A stretch of DNA of 62,393 nt, counting the filler, from Syncephalis fuscata S228 (taxonomy: Eukaryota > Fungi > Zoopagomycota): the NCBI GenBank assembly GCA_025786725.1. It is 4 parts of 4 records of this genome, joined end to end, with 100 filler letters (N's around TTAATTAATTAA, not from the genome) between each part and the next. Parts side by side here need not be neighbours in the genome. Positions count along the whole stretch, not along the records: positions 1 to 15,703 come from JAHLTZ010000210.1; positions 15,804 to 39,370 come from JAHLTZ010000133.1; 2 more parts are not named here. The stretch is one strand, 5' to 3'. How positions within the stretch are numbered: position 1 is the first letter of the stretch; every line of letters begins with the position of its first letter. The translations under genes and the position numbers were made by a program. Positions 13,051 to 24,516 of this stretch are shown here, piece by piece. The notes under the pieces were generated by a model. That model was given only the letters and a program-made list of their open reading frames with translations. It did not search any database and had not been told where the DNA came from.

Positions 13051-13994
13051 TTTTAGTAAAAGTTAAATACTTGCATTGCTATAAATACATTGCACAAGTG
13101 TCTCAGACTTTTTTTATTAAACTGGTTATCTTATTGGGCTACAGCCTCCTATGGACTTGTCTAATTAATAAACGTGTTTTCTTGCGCAACCATGCTGAAA
13201 TATAGGGCTATCCGCACTATAGTAGGAATAGAAACTGGTCTTTATTCTGCGACAAGCAGCCAATGAGTATTTGTCACTGTTTTCAATTGATGAATTATAA
13301 AACCGGAATGAACACAGTCCACCAGTATCGCGTAAATGAAACAAGTCCATGGCTATTTCACGTTGTTATGTTTAAAGATGGCCATAGTTGATTGTTCTCC
13401 TTCATAAACAACCATGTATGTGCCGGTATCTTTTGTATATTCGTTGTCCAAAGAACAACGTCCATATAATGTTAATCAATGGCCCATTGTTCTTTCTTGG
13501 ATGATGGGGGGGGGAGGAGGAGGAAATCAGCATTGGAGAACGCCCTGCTTTCATCAATCGTTATTATCTGTTTCAGACTGCCTTGTCACTATTTTCTGGT
13601 AATGGACCATATGGTCAATCATTGGAAACAATGTTACATCCGTATAGCAGCGTGTTTTCTACCGGTCAAATAATTTTCATAATACTCACAAAATTTGAAT
13701 AATACTTTTAAACACTGCTCGGGTCATCTACGCAACACGACTTTGTTTTTACAGTATTCCAAATAGTATTTTATTCGTTGCATTTTCTCATTTATTCGTT
13801 TATTCATTTATTTTTGTCTCTCAAAGGTATACGTCAGTAGCGACCGCCTAATTTTTCTTTTCATTTAGAAAATAGTACGTAGCTATATTATCACTACTGG
13901 TTAGTGGTGCAGTGTGACGTTACGTTCAGCCCCTCCTCTATAATCAAAACTACCCTATCTTTTTTATCGTCTCCTCCTCCATCCTCTCAATGAA

Positions 13995-15372
13995 ATGGCG
14001 CCTTTGCATACAAGTAACGTCGAGGGAATGATGGTGAATGCTGGCATTATCATCGGAATCATCACTTTTTCAGGACTAGGTGTGTTGCACTACCTGAGAT
14101 TTAGTGAAAAATTGGCCAAGGGACATGCTGGTTTATTAATGGCTTCTATACGTAAGTTATAATAATGAAATTATATAAAAAGTCGGTTACCAACATTTTG
14201 TTATAAATACATAAATACAGTTCAATGTCTTCAATGGTTGGTACTTATCATTGGTGGTATGTCCCCGCACTACTGTAATGCCATCAATTTCGGCATTATG
14301 GCTGCTATACCTGCTTATTATTCATTCAAGTGGTAAGTTACACGACTTGCCAGTCTATCAGGATGACTAATAAAAGCAATAGGTTTAAAAAAATGAAACA
14401 ACACCAGAGCAATTTTAGAATTCGGGTTGTTTGTATCTTCGTCTACATTTGGATAACGCTGTTTGCACTATCTTCATGTGCTCAAGTTGCTTCCATTGCA
14501 ATAAATGAATTCAGCTTAGGATCCCACATATTCAAAGCTATTATGTTTATGTGCAATGCAGTTATTGGCACTGGTGTCATTTTGATTTTCTTGCTCAACA
14601 TTTGGTTTCTTACACTGATTCCACGTGAAATGAAAAGAATTAGAAGAACTAAACGTATGGTAAGTCAATAGATGTAATAATAATAATACAATGATCATTT
14701 ATTAACATATATTTACAATCTTAGCAAATTTATCGTCTTATGTGCTTTTCAATATTGACTTTACTGAGTATTATGTCAGTTCTATATATTCAATACTTTA
14801 TACATCCACTTTTTATGATATTTTATCATTTTATCGCATTGATACCCCATAGTTCACTTGATGAATTTGAAGAGGCACAGATCATTTATGCTTCAAAACA
14901 ATACAACAAAGCACTAGCATATCCATTTGCCAAGCACGGTATCGTTCCTCCATCTACTTATTTACCAAGGCTTGGTCGTGTATCTACCTTGCGAGTACCC
15001 GCATTCAAGGCAAATAGACATATAGAGAGTCTATCAAGTGACACGGTAGTCGACTACGACGATGCCGATGACACTCAGAGCGAATTAAGTAGCGTCGAAA
15101 CGGTTGATGATCGCGAAGTGCTAAAAGGGCGCGGTGGTGCGACACTTAACGCAATCGACCTAGCCTATAACGCGTTGGTTTCAAATAGTAGCAGTTTTTG
15201 TGATAACGATTGTCCCGTTAGTGACTGTGGAGATGTCGAGAGCAATGGATATGGCAGTGAGCGACCTGTCTCAGTCGAATCCATTGAAGTAAGTGTTATT
15301 CGGCCGAACATCGCTTACAATGTTGATAACTTGAATGCCGCCGCCGCCAACCCGCTAAAGAGTAGGTGTTAG
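13995..15372 (+). CDS. Orphan polytopic membrane protein, about 7 TM helices plus a long acidic Ser-rich C-tail (GPCR-like), 4 exons
   Basis: Exons about 13995-14151, 14221-14333, 14383-14660 and 14725-15372 splice in frame with GT-AG introns. Seven hydrophobic segments counted by eye. Confidence 0.7.
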
Positions 15373-15703
15373 TCAGTGTTATGGCAATCATGCTGGCTAA
15401 ATCAGTGCTGATTTACAATTATTAATAACCAATTTACGATTTTTTTATAAACGACATATTAACGACTAAATATGCCTTTGTAGCGCTTTATACAACATAT
15501 CATTTACAATAAAGTGCATCTTTGACATTTTACATAAATATTCAAAATAGTAGTTTATTTAAATGAAATCAGCTATTTAAAATACTTTAATCTCTAGAGT
15601 TTTTGTTGCATCGAATACATTCTGGGAAGTGTACGTTCTTCATATTTAGGCATCATAAACGCTTTCATAATCCCAATTATGTCTTTCCATGCTGAAAGCT
15701 CTT

Positions 15704-15803
15704 NNNNNNNNNNNNNNNNNNNNNNNNNNNNNNNNNNNNNNNNNNNNTTAATTAATTAANNNNNNNNNNNNNNNNNNNNNNNNNNNNNNNNNNNNNNNNN
15801 NNN
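15704..15803. other. Artificial contig linker / gap (N44-TTAATTAATTAA-N44)
   Basis: Exactly 100 nt with a palindromic six-frame stop cassette, identical to the other two gaps. Confidence 0.97.
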
Positions 15804-16448
15804 CGGCTGGGCTACGCGTGTAATATTCAAATCCCACGTTCGTATTATGCCAGCGGTGATACGGCCCAGATAGATGTATTTGTTGGCCCGGGCCTTACAG
15901 ATTTATTAACTCCCGAATCAAATAGTAACAATGGAAAAACACAAGCAATCAGTGGGCTGGCAACGAGCTCTGCGGCAGACCAAGCGTTAAATTGAAGCGT
16001 AATCTGTGCAGTTAACACCGCAAGGCGTAGTAGCGGTTTTATGGCAATAAGAAAAAACCAATTACTAAGGTGACTTTAATGCTCCACTTACAATCCCATT
16101 ACAAAGCATACAATGGTACAATATTTTTCCAATTCCTCGCATCGATGCACCATCTCTTCAGGCGCACAAATTTACTGTTGAGTATGTTTAAAAGTAAAGC
16201 TGGTAATGCGTGGCAAGTCGGACACAAAGGCCAAATTTCCGATAACAGCACTATCTGTTACTCGAGACGAGCAATTTATGCCACCAGACACGCAGTATGG
16301 CTTACCGTTACATATTCGCAATACAGGCAATCAGTCATCGGATGGCAGTAGTAATAGCCAACTTGCATTGCCACCAGCACAACAACCACACAGTCAAGGA
16401 TGGGATCAGTCATATGTTGAGCCGCCGCCACCTTATTCGTGTGGTTAA
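15804..16448 (+). CDS. 3' fragment of an alpha-arrestin-like protein, frameshifted and 5'-truncated by the gap
   Basis: IQIPRSYYASGD, PSLQAHKFTVEYV-LKVKLVMRGKSDTKAKFPITAL (arrestin-C-like) and a terminal PPPY motif (EPPPPYSCG). Confidence 0.55.
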
Positions 16449-17006
16449 TATTAATATTAATAATTTAAATTATGCTAATACATCAATGAATTTAATCAGT
16501 GCAATGCTATTAAGTTGTACCATATCGCGGCTATGATTTAAGCAACTAATAGGCAAATTTGCAAATGCATTACAGTTATGCTAAAAAGCTGTAAAACTCA
16601 CATATTTTGTATAAGCATTGTATCTTTGTTTATTTACTTATTTGCTACAATTGTTTAGATAACCAAGTATGCAATCTATGCTGATTTAAAATACACTGCA
16701 TCATTCTAAAGTAATTGTTTGACTAATAGTATAGTTTACAGTGTATGTTTATTATGTAAATACATCATTGTTGCCTTTAGTTTACTCTGCCATTTTATTA
16801 TTACAGATTCTAATGGAAAGTATCAAACGATGTGTTTAACATATTTGCTATATTCAAATACAATCTACAAATGATTATTTATACTAGTTTCAATACAATG
16901 CTGAATATAATGTAGCAACACACGTTGTTACACGACAGCACCCATATATACGCGGCATAGGTCACATTGATTGCTGTTTGTTCTTTGTTCTATTTAGTCA
17001 TTTAGT

Positions 17007-18572
17007 ATGCAGCATATCCCTGTACCTGTTGTTGAGCGACTTGCGGTGTTTGCCGACGACAAGTCGCTGGTGCTGTTTGCGTCGTGCTCTCAGTGGCTGT
17101 GGCAGTGTGTTGGTATACAGCAGCGTGTATGGCGACAGCGATATATACAACACTACACGTTTAAAGACGACGACGAAGTACAGTGGCTGTCGTGGTACGT
17201 ACGCACACTGCGAGTGTCTGGCGCACTGGCAGCAACAAGCAACACGGCGATTGATGTCACCCAGCTGAATGACCATGATATCAACTGGTTTCGTGCGTTC
17301 TGCCATCGACGTGCCACCAGTGCCAACTGGCTACGAGACAAGCCATATCCGATATATGACATAGTCGAAGATACATCGGACAGTGATCAGGTTATAGTAT
17401 TGCAGCGTATAAGCAATAATAGTCGTATATTGGGAGAATGTGGTATTATTGAGCAATGCCAACCAATAGGAAAACCAAAACACCAGCAATTCTGGCGACT
17501 ACGCAAAGTATGCTGTGATGGATTTGATCCAACAGTCAATGTAAAGCAGTTTTTAGTATCAGACAAATTCGTTGTAGCTGTTTTTAAAAAAACGGATGAA
17601 GACATCGATCTTTATGAGACACCATACAATGTTCTTATCTGGCCAATACATCGAGTATCAACAACACAGCCATATTCTGCTCCTTATTTATGTAATAGAG
17701 AAATGTCTATTCGCGGCCGCTGGTTGTTATTTAGCTATATTAAAAGAAGTTCAGTTCCTAAATTACCACCATTGTCAACAACTCGTGTATTTGATATGGC
17801 TACTCGGCAAATATGTATGGGAAGTATACAGAATAGCAACGGAACATCATTTATACAACGAGCCACTGAAGACACCGCTACTGTATTTTATGCGTATACA
17901 GATGCAATTGATACTTTTCAAACTGTCTATTGGGGCGTATGGCAATTTTCTGTTTGCCAGCTAGAAGACAATCCTCAATGTTTGACACAAGGCAAATTTA
18001 TTATTACATACTTGTTTGATCTTCGTTGCCCTGTAGAAAGACTGGATGACGATCGTGTACTTGTTGTAAAAACTGTTGCGTGTGGTTTCAATGAAGCAGC
18101 AACTGAATTAAACAGCGAAGTATTAAGCCTTGCAGTAATTTCGACTAATTGCGACAATTTAAATCAATCCATGGATAATCAAAAGCCTATCTGGTCGCAT
18201 CATATCGAGGTTATTAGTGCTATACCAATTATTACTTCCAATGCCATAGCAATAATAACTTCAAAGGGATTGTCTATATACAGCTTATCTAATGGTACCA
18301 TGTTGTCACAAATTAATATGGAAGTATTGGAGTCAATAATACCAAATTTTGAATGGCATATATCAAAACTTTGTAAAATTCAAAACCTTATTGTTTATAC
18401 TTATATGGGAGGGCATCCTCAAATAATTGATTTAATTCAGCCAACTAATAGCAAACGACTTGGTATTGTAGATGCTGAATTGTTGGCTATCGCATCAGTG
18501 AAATCAAACACGACAAATGCACTTGTTATGCATTCTGAAGATGGCTATAAAATAGTTGACATTTCGTATTAA
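17007..18572 (+). CDS. F-box protein with a beta-rich (propeller-like) C-terminal region, intronless
   Basis: 521-aa ORF. The N-terminus HIPVPVVERLAVFADDKSLVLFASCSQWLWQCV...VWRQRY fits a divergent F-box. Confidence 0.7.
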   Translation: MQHIPVPVVERLAVFADDKSLVLFASCSQWLWQCVGIQQRVWRQRYIQHYTFKDDDEVQWLSWYVRTLRVSGALAATSNTAIDVTQLNDHDINWFRAFCHRRATSANWLRDKPYPIYDIVEDTSDSDQVIVLQRISNNSRILGECGIIEQCQPIGKPKHQQFWRLRKVCCDGFDPTVNVKQFLVSDKFVVAVFKKTDEDIDLYETPYNVLIWPIHRVSTTQPYSAPYLCNREMSIRGRWLLFSYIKRSSVPKLPPLSTTRVFDMATRQICMGSIQNSNGTSFIQRATEDTATVFYAYTDAIDTFQTVYWGVWQFSVCQLEDNPQCLTQGKFIITYLFDLRCPVERLDDDRVLVVKTVACGFNEAATELNSEVLSLAVISTNCDNLNQSMDNQKPIWSHHIEVISAIPIITSNAIAIITSKGLSIYSLSNGTMLSQINMEVLESIIPNFEWHISKLCKIQNLIVYTYMGGHPQIIDLIQPTNSKRLGIVDAELLAIASVKSNTTNALVMHSEDGYKIVDISY

Positions 18573-19398
18573 TAAATACAAATATTATTCAGTATATAAA
18601 TATATCTGAAATGTTTTTTACTGTACTTTACCATATGTTGGATTATAAATATTAGATCACACAGCAAGAGTAATAAAAAAATGATATATTTTATTATTTG
18701 GTTACTTGATTTGCATTACGCTACCATCATTTATGTTGTTTGTTTTATTAATTAAATAGCGATAGTTTTGTTTTTTAAAATATTAATATATTACAATTAG
18801 TTGCATTTAATACAATTACAGCTGTATTAATCAATTTAATAATAATATCAATGATTAGTTTACTATTTTATTTATATACTTTAATAAACATTACTCGTTC
18901 TAATCATCGCATTATACACGTTATAATTTTATTATTATTCATATAGTTTATTACATTCTAAATTACTATATGCTGCATTAACTATATTTGTTAATAAATA
19001 CAGTATTTTTATTCATGGCTATATTTTTATAGATTTCAACTCGGCTCACTATGTATATAAACACAAATATACACTTTATCAATGACACCTATGCACTTTC
19101 TTTGACCATTCATTTATATTTATATTATTTTGTTAGTATAAAATTATATATCCAGTATAATAGAAAGCAAAAGAATATATAATTAAACATACACTTATAT
19201 TGCGACATATTTAACGATAATCATATCACATCTTAATAGCAATTAACTTTTACTGCGTCATTCTTTCCCCGCCATTATTTCATTCTGTCATCCTTCACTT
19301 GTTTATTCTTGCTATTCCGTATATTCAATATTTACTATCTTTTCCATCATCTATTCACTGACACGCCACGATACTTTATCTAGCACGCCCAATTAACC

Positions 19399-22300
19399 AT
19401 GGCTGCACCAACCGGGCCAGTTCTTACGGTGGGCATGCGCGTACTTGTCCAACAAAATGCCGGTACCGTCAAGTTTGTCGGTCCGACATCCTTCGCGACT
19501 GGTAGATGGGTAGGCGTTGAATTGGACGAAGCATTAGGAAAGAATGATGGCACAGTACAAAACCGACGCTATTTTGAGTGTCAGCCAAACTATGGCGTCT
19601 TTGTACGTACCTCGCAAGTACGAGTACTCGATTCAACGCCAGCATCACCAACACTGTCGGCAACGGGTAGTGCAAGTGGAGGGCCACGTGTCAGTCCACC
19701 CAGTTCTATTAGGTCACCGGCACTAGGCACACCAGGTCGTGGTATTCGACTACCAGGTCGCTCAACATCCGGTGGTAGTAGTGGTATAGCACCACCTAGT
19801 GCACCGAGTGCCGCTGCTGGTGGTGCAGCATCATCGTCACGTATTGGAGCAGCAACTGGAGGTCGGCCTGGCCATGCGCGTGCCCCTTCTGGATCGCATT
19901 CAAGAATGGTGGCACCGACTAATAGACGCCAATCAGGTATTGCACCACCAGCTACAGGTATGCGTGCTCCTGGCGGTGTACTTCGTCGACAGAGTATTGG
20001 ACATGATAATACGCCAAGTCCAGCAGTACAGCCACCACCAGATATCGATGATACACCTATAGTTGAAGATGAACCAGCTGAAATTAGTACAATAGCAGAA
20101 GTACCACAAGCTGTAGCACCAGCACCAGAACCCGCAGCACCCGCAGCTACATCATCGAATGCAGAAGAGGTAAACATGATGAGGATAATTGTTACTATTT
20201 AAGCATTATTTACTAATAATTGATATCCTAGTTTGCAATACTAGCTAAACAAAATGAAGAATTGCGATTGAAATTAAAGATTTTGGAAAATAAACGTACT
20301 GAAGATCGTGAAAAGATTAAGGAAGCAGAACGAGCCAAGAACGATGCCGATCAGTTTATTGCTATTCGTACCAAATTGGCTGGTAAATACAGTTATTATT
20401 TAAGATTATTTTTTTACTTATTAGATGAGATTAGGCAAATTAAGTGAATTGCAACAAGAATTACGCGATACTCATAAAGAGTTAAGAGAACTAGAAGAGG
20501 CAAAGGACGACTTTGAAGCAAAGTACAACGATGCAGAAGAACGACTTGAAATGGCATCGTTGGATAAGGAAATGGCCGAGGAGAGAGCAGAGAATCTACA
20601 ACAAGAGGTCAATCTATTGAAAGAAAAGATTGATGAAATTAAAGTTGATTTGGAAGCATTTGAAGAAGCAGCAGGCAAGTTTTACGTAATTATTACAACT
20701 ATAGTCTTATATTATTGAATAGCACCACAAGATGGTGAAGGTGGCTCATCAGTTACAGTCATTCAACTTGAACGACAGAACGAACGTCTTACAGAGGCAT
20801 TGTTTCGGTAAGCGATAGATTAACGCGAATATAAACTTGTTTAAACTAATATATAACAGATTACGTGAAGTTACTACTGAACAAGAAGCAGAACTTAAAC
20901 GTAAAATTGCCAGCCAAGAACGGGATATTGCCGTACTTGAAGATGCAAAGAGTAAGTACATTGAATTATTATAGATTAGTTACTAATACTTTATTATTAC
21001 AGAGCATAGTGAGAAGATGCGTGAAACTCTATTAAAGGCTGAAGGTCAGGTTGAGGATTTGAAACAGCAATTGGACGATGCACTTGGCGCAGAAGAATTG
21101 GTTGAACAGCTGACGGAGAAGAATCTAAATCTCAGCGAGGTAATTAATATATTACAAATAAATATATTGCTAATAGCTATTTATATGTAATATATAGCGT
21201 ATTGAGGAATTAGAGATTGCCGTTGAAGATTTGGAAGCACTTAAAGAGCTGAACGATGAATTGGAAGAGAATCATGTAGAGACAGAGAAACAGTTACAAG
21301 AAGAAATCGATCATAAGAATGCCGTCATTCGTGAACAATTAAAGCGATCTGATGCAGCAGAAGAGACGATGGCTGATTATGAACATACTATTCAACAATT
21401 CCGTGAACTAGTTACTAGTCTACAAGATGATATTGAACAATTGAAGCAGAATGAAGCAGGCCAAGCTAACGATGAAGCCAATGACAACTTGATCAGTCAA
21501 TCACATGCTATGATCAGTCTTAATATGCAGTTACAATCTACGGTAATGAAGGCACAAGCAAAACAAATTGATTTGGAATTACGTAAATTGGAAGCTACTC
21601 AGGCAGCCCAACATTTGGCCCACATTGAGGTATAGTAATCATGTATTTATTCGTATTAATATTAATATTTATTATATAGCCATTCTTGCCTGAATCATTC
21701 TTCCGACGTGAAAGCAACTCGATTCGATGTGTTCTACTACTTGAACGTCTTGTTTTCAAGGCTGAACTTGTTGTGCGTTACATTGAACAAACACACAGTG
21801 TTGAAACGGCTCTTAAGGAAGAAGTGACAGGCGACTTGAAGGCAGTATGCGAGGTAAGCAGTATATATTATATATGGATAGCTATTTACTTACTGACTAT
21901 ATCTATCGATTATAGATGCGACAAAAATTGATCTGGCTTGCCGATGTTGCTCGTATGTTCAGCACTTACATGAGCAGTTGTCCAGTGGACGTATTTTTGA
22001 AATTGAGCATTGTTCAAGATGAACTTGTGGTCATTGAACGGAAGTAAGTCGATACAATCATCGATAGATGTACAGGTGGCTTATCTTAATATATTGTAGG
22101 ATGGATAATCTAGTAGAATTGATCAAGACGGAAGAAATCCGATATGGTGATTGTATAAAGGATGTTAATCGGTAAGTTTTTTCTGAATAGTAATTATTAA
22201 TACATTGATTAATAAATATAAAGTGTGGCAACTCAATTGGATCACTTGACCGATATTCATGTCATACTTACCAAGGAATGTATGAGAGATCAGATTAATG

Positions 22301-24192
22301 GATTCTCACGTGCAGCCGACTTGAATGCCGATCGTTTCCTAGTAAATATGGCGATTATCCGTCAATTATTATTGCCACCCACCTCCAATGAAGGTGTGTA
22401 TCATTGATTATATACTAACTATCCACTTATTATTTGCTATTTAGATGCACCACGTCTTGATATGGAAGATCGTGCCAAATTGATGGTTGAAATCATTGGG
22501 CCAATGGATGAATTTTCCAAATTAGTCAAGACAATCAAGATTGTTACGCGTAAACTATCACGTCGTATGACTGAATTATACGAAAAGCATTTAATGCCAA
22601 AAGACTTTATTTATGGTCAATTCAAAACAGCACATACAACTATTGCAAAAATGTCCAATTATTGCGATGAGGTAATTATACTGAACAGAGTATAATGGAT
22701 CATTATTTAACTATTGACCGTATTATAGCTTCTCACTCGTATTGCTGGCCATTACCAAGATTGCAAGGAATTGAAACGATTCCTTAGTCTACCTGTATTG
22801 CAACAAATTCTATATGCTACAGCTGATGAGATTCTCCGTCAAACGGATATATCACCACTGGACAATGCAATGAAACTGGTGCAAGGCTACATTCAAGAAC
22901 TCAATCGATTCAGCGAGCTTATCGATGAAGATAAGAACTTGGAAACTGGTAAGTAGAGAGTGGTTTAATTACTAGTTTATACTAACCAATAATACTAGTT
23001 ACACCGGCAGTTACGCCATGGGCTTGCCGTGCACAGGAATTCAAGTCAGAGATTATGTTAACGGTTGATGTGGATCGTCGAGTACAAAGTCTAAATGATC
23101 AGATCCTAGGATTGACTAAGGAATTCAAGTTTAAGGTAAATAGTGGACAAGTAAATGGCCTACACTATAACTAACTGTGTGGTATTAGGAACGTGTACTT
23201 AAAGAATCACACGTCAAGATTGAATTACTTGAAAGTCGTATGGAGAAGATGAAGAAACAGGTAAATATTGCTATTATTCAATAGAATGAATACTAAATCT
23301 ATATGATATAGGGAGAGACAATTATCGAACTTGAAAAGGAACTTGAACAGTCCAAGATACAAGAGAAGAATTACGAAGAAGCCTTGGAGAATTTACAAGC
23401 TGATTTGGAAGCACTTGAAAAGGAAAATACCCGACTTAAACGCAGTCCTGTTAAGCCAGAAAGTGCACTTAGTAAGTAATGGATACCATTAATTGTCTAT
23501 TGGCTATTATAATATATATCGATTATTATTAACAATTATATCATCATTAGCATCACCGACCACCGATACCGATCCACGTAATGTGTTGTCACCCACAACG
23601 GCCAGTCCAGAAACAATTGAGATTGCCAGTAGTTCAACTATTTATCAAGTAAGTCACTTTATTTATACATATCAGTCGCTTATCCTATTACCACTATTAT
23701 AGGTTGATTCGCTACGCTCCATTGTCCGTTACCTACGTACAGAGAATAGTGAACTTAAACGACGGGCCATGTTCCGTGATGCCGATAATCTATTGCCTGT
23801 AACAACCACAGCCAAGACAGCCAATGTTCAACTACCCAAAGATGCTGATCAGATCCTTAAATCAATTGCCCTTGAAGCCAAAGTACTTATTAAAGTAAGT
23901 AAATGTATTAATGATCAAACCAACCAACTAACTGATATCATAATAGGATATGCGTGCAGTGAGTGCCACACCTAAACTCATTGACTTGACTACATTGTCA
24001 ACATCACCATCGGGTATAGCCAATCTTCATACAAAGAAGTGGCAATCACGTAAACAATCACCACAAGTGCTGTTCCAACAACAGCAATCACTTATCTATA
24101 CGCTACAACAACGTGGTGATGCACTTAAAGAGAAGCTACGTACAGTTGTAACGGCACCTACTCGTCAACCAGCTCGAATGGTTATGCTCTAA
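19399..24192 (+). CDS. DCTN1: Dynactin p150Glued (CAP-Gly + coiled coil), multi-exon
   Basis: CAP-Gly [58 protein letters not shown] and IDLELRKLE. Confidence 0.96.
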
Positions 24193-24333
24193 TTATAAGA
24201 TGGATATTTTTATAATAAACCTGTGGATTGTTTTTATGTTGAATATAAATGTCTATAAATTACAATAATATTGAATATAATTAACTAAATGACTACTAAT
24301 TGGATAATTATTTACTTAATGACCAATAGATAG

Positions 24334-24353
24334 AACACACACACACACACACA
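24334..24353. repeat. (CA)n microsatellite
   Basis: Visible AC dinucleotide run between DCTN1 and TRS85. Confidence 0.8.
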
Positions 24354-24516
24354 AATAAACATTCATGTTCGTTATTTGGAATTCTATCATCATTACACTC
24401 CCATTGACCAAAGTCTTGTTTTTATTCTACTACTTGCTTGTTCTATCTATCAGCCAGCTGTATTATTGTCATTTTGACGTTTAGACGTGTCTATTTCCAC
24501 ATATACATGTGTCAGT

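Noticed and set aside
19590-20177. 195-aa antisense ORF in DCTN1, and similar shadows at 29278-29535, 36369-36695, 58502-58720 and 61554-61769
   Set aside because: These are antisense to low-complexity coding sequence, which is naturally poor in reverse-strand stops.
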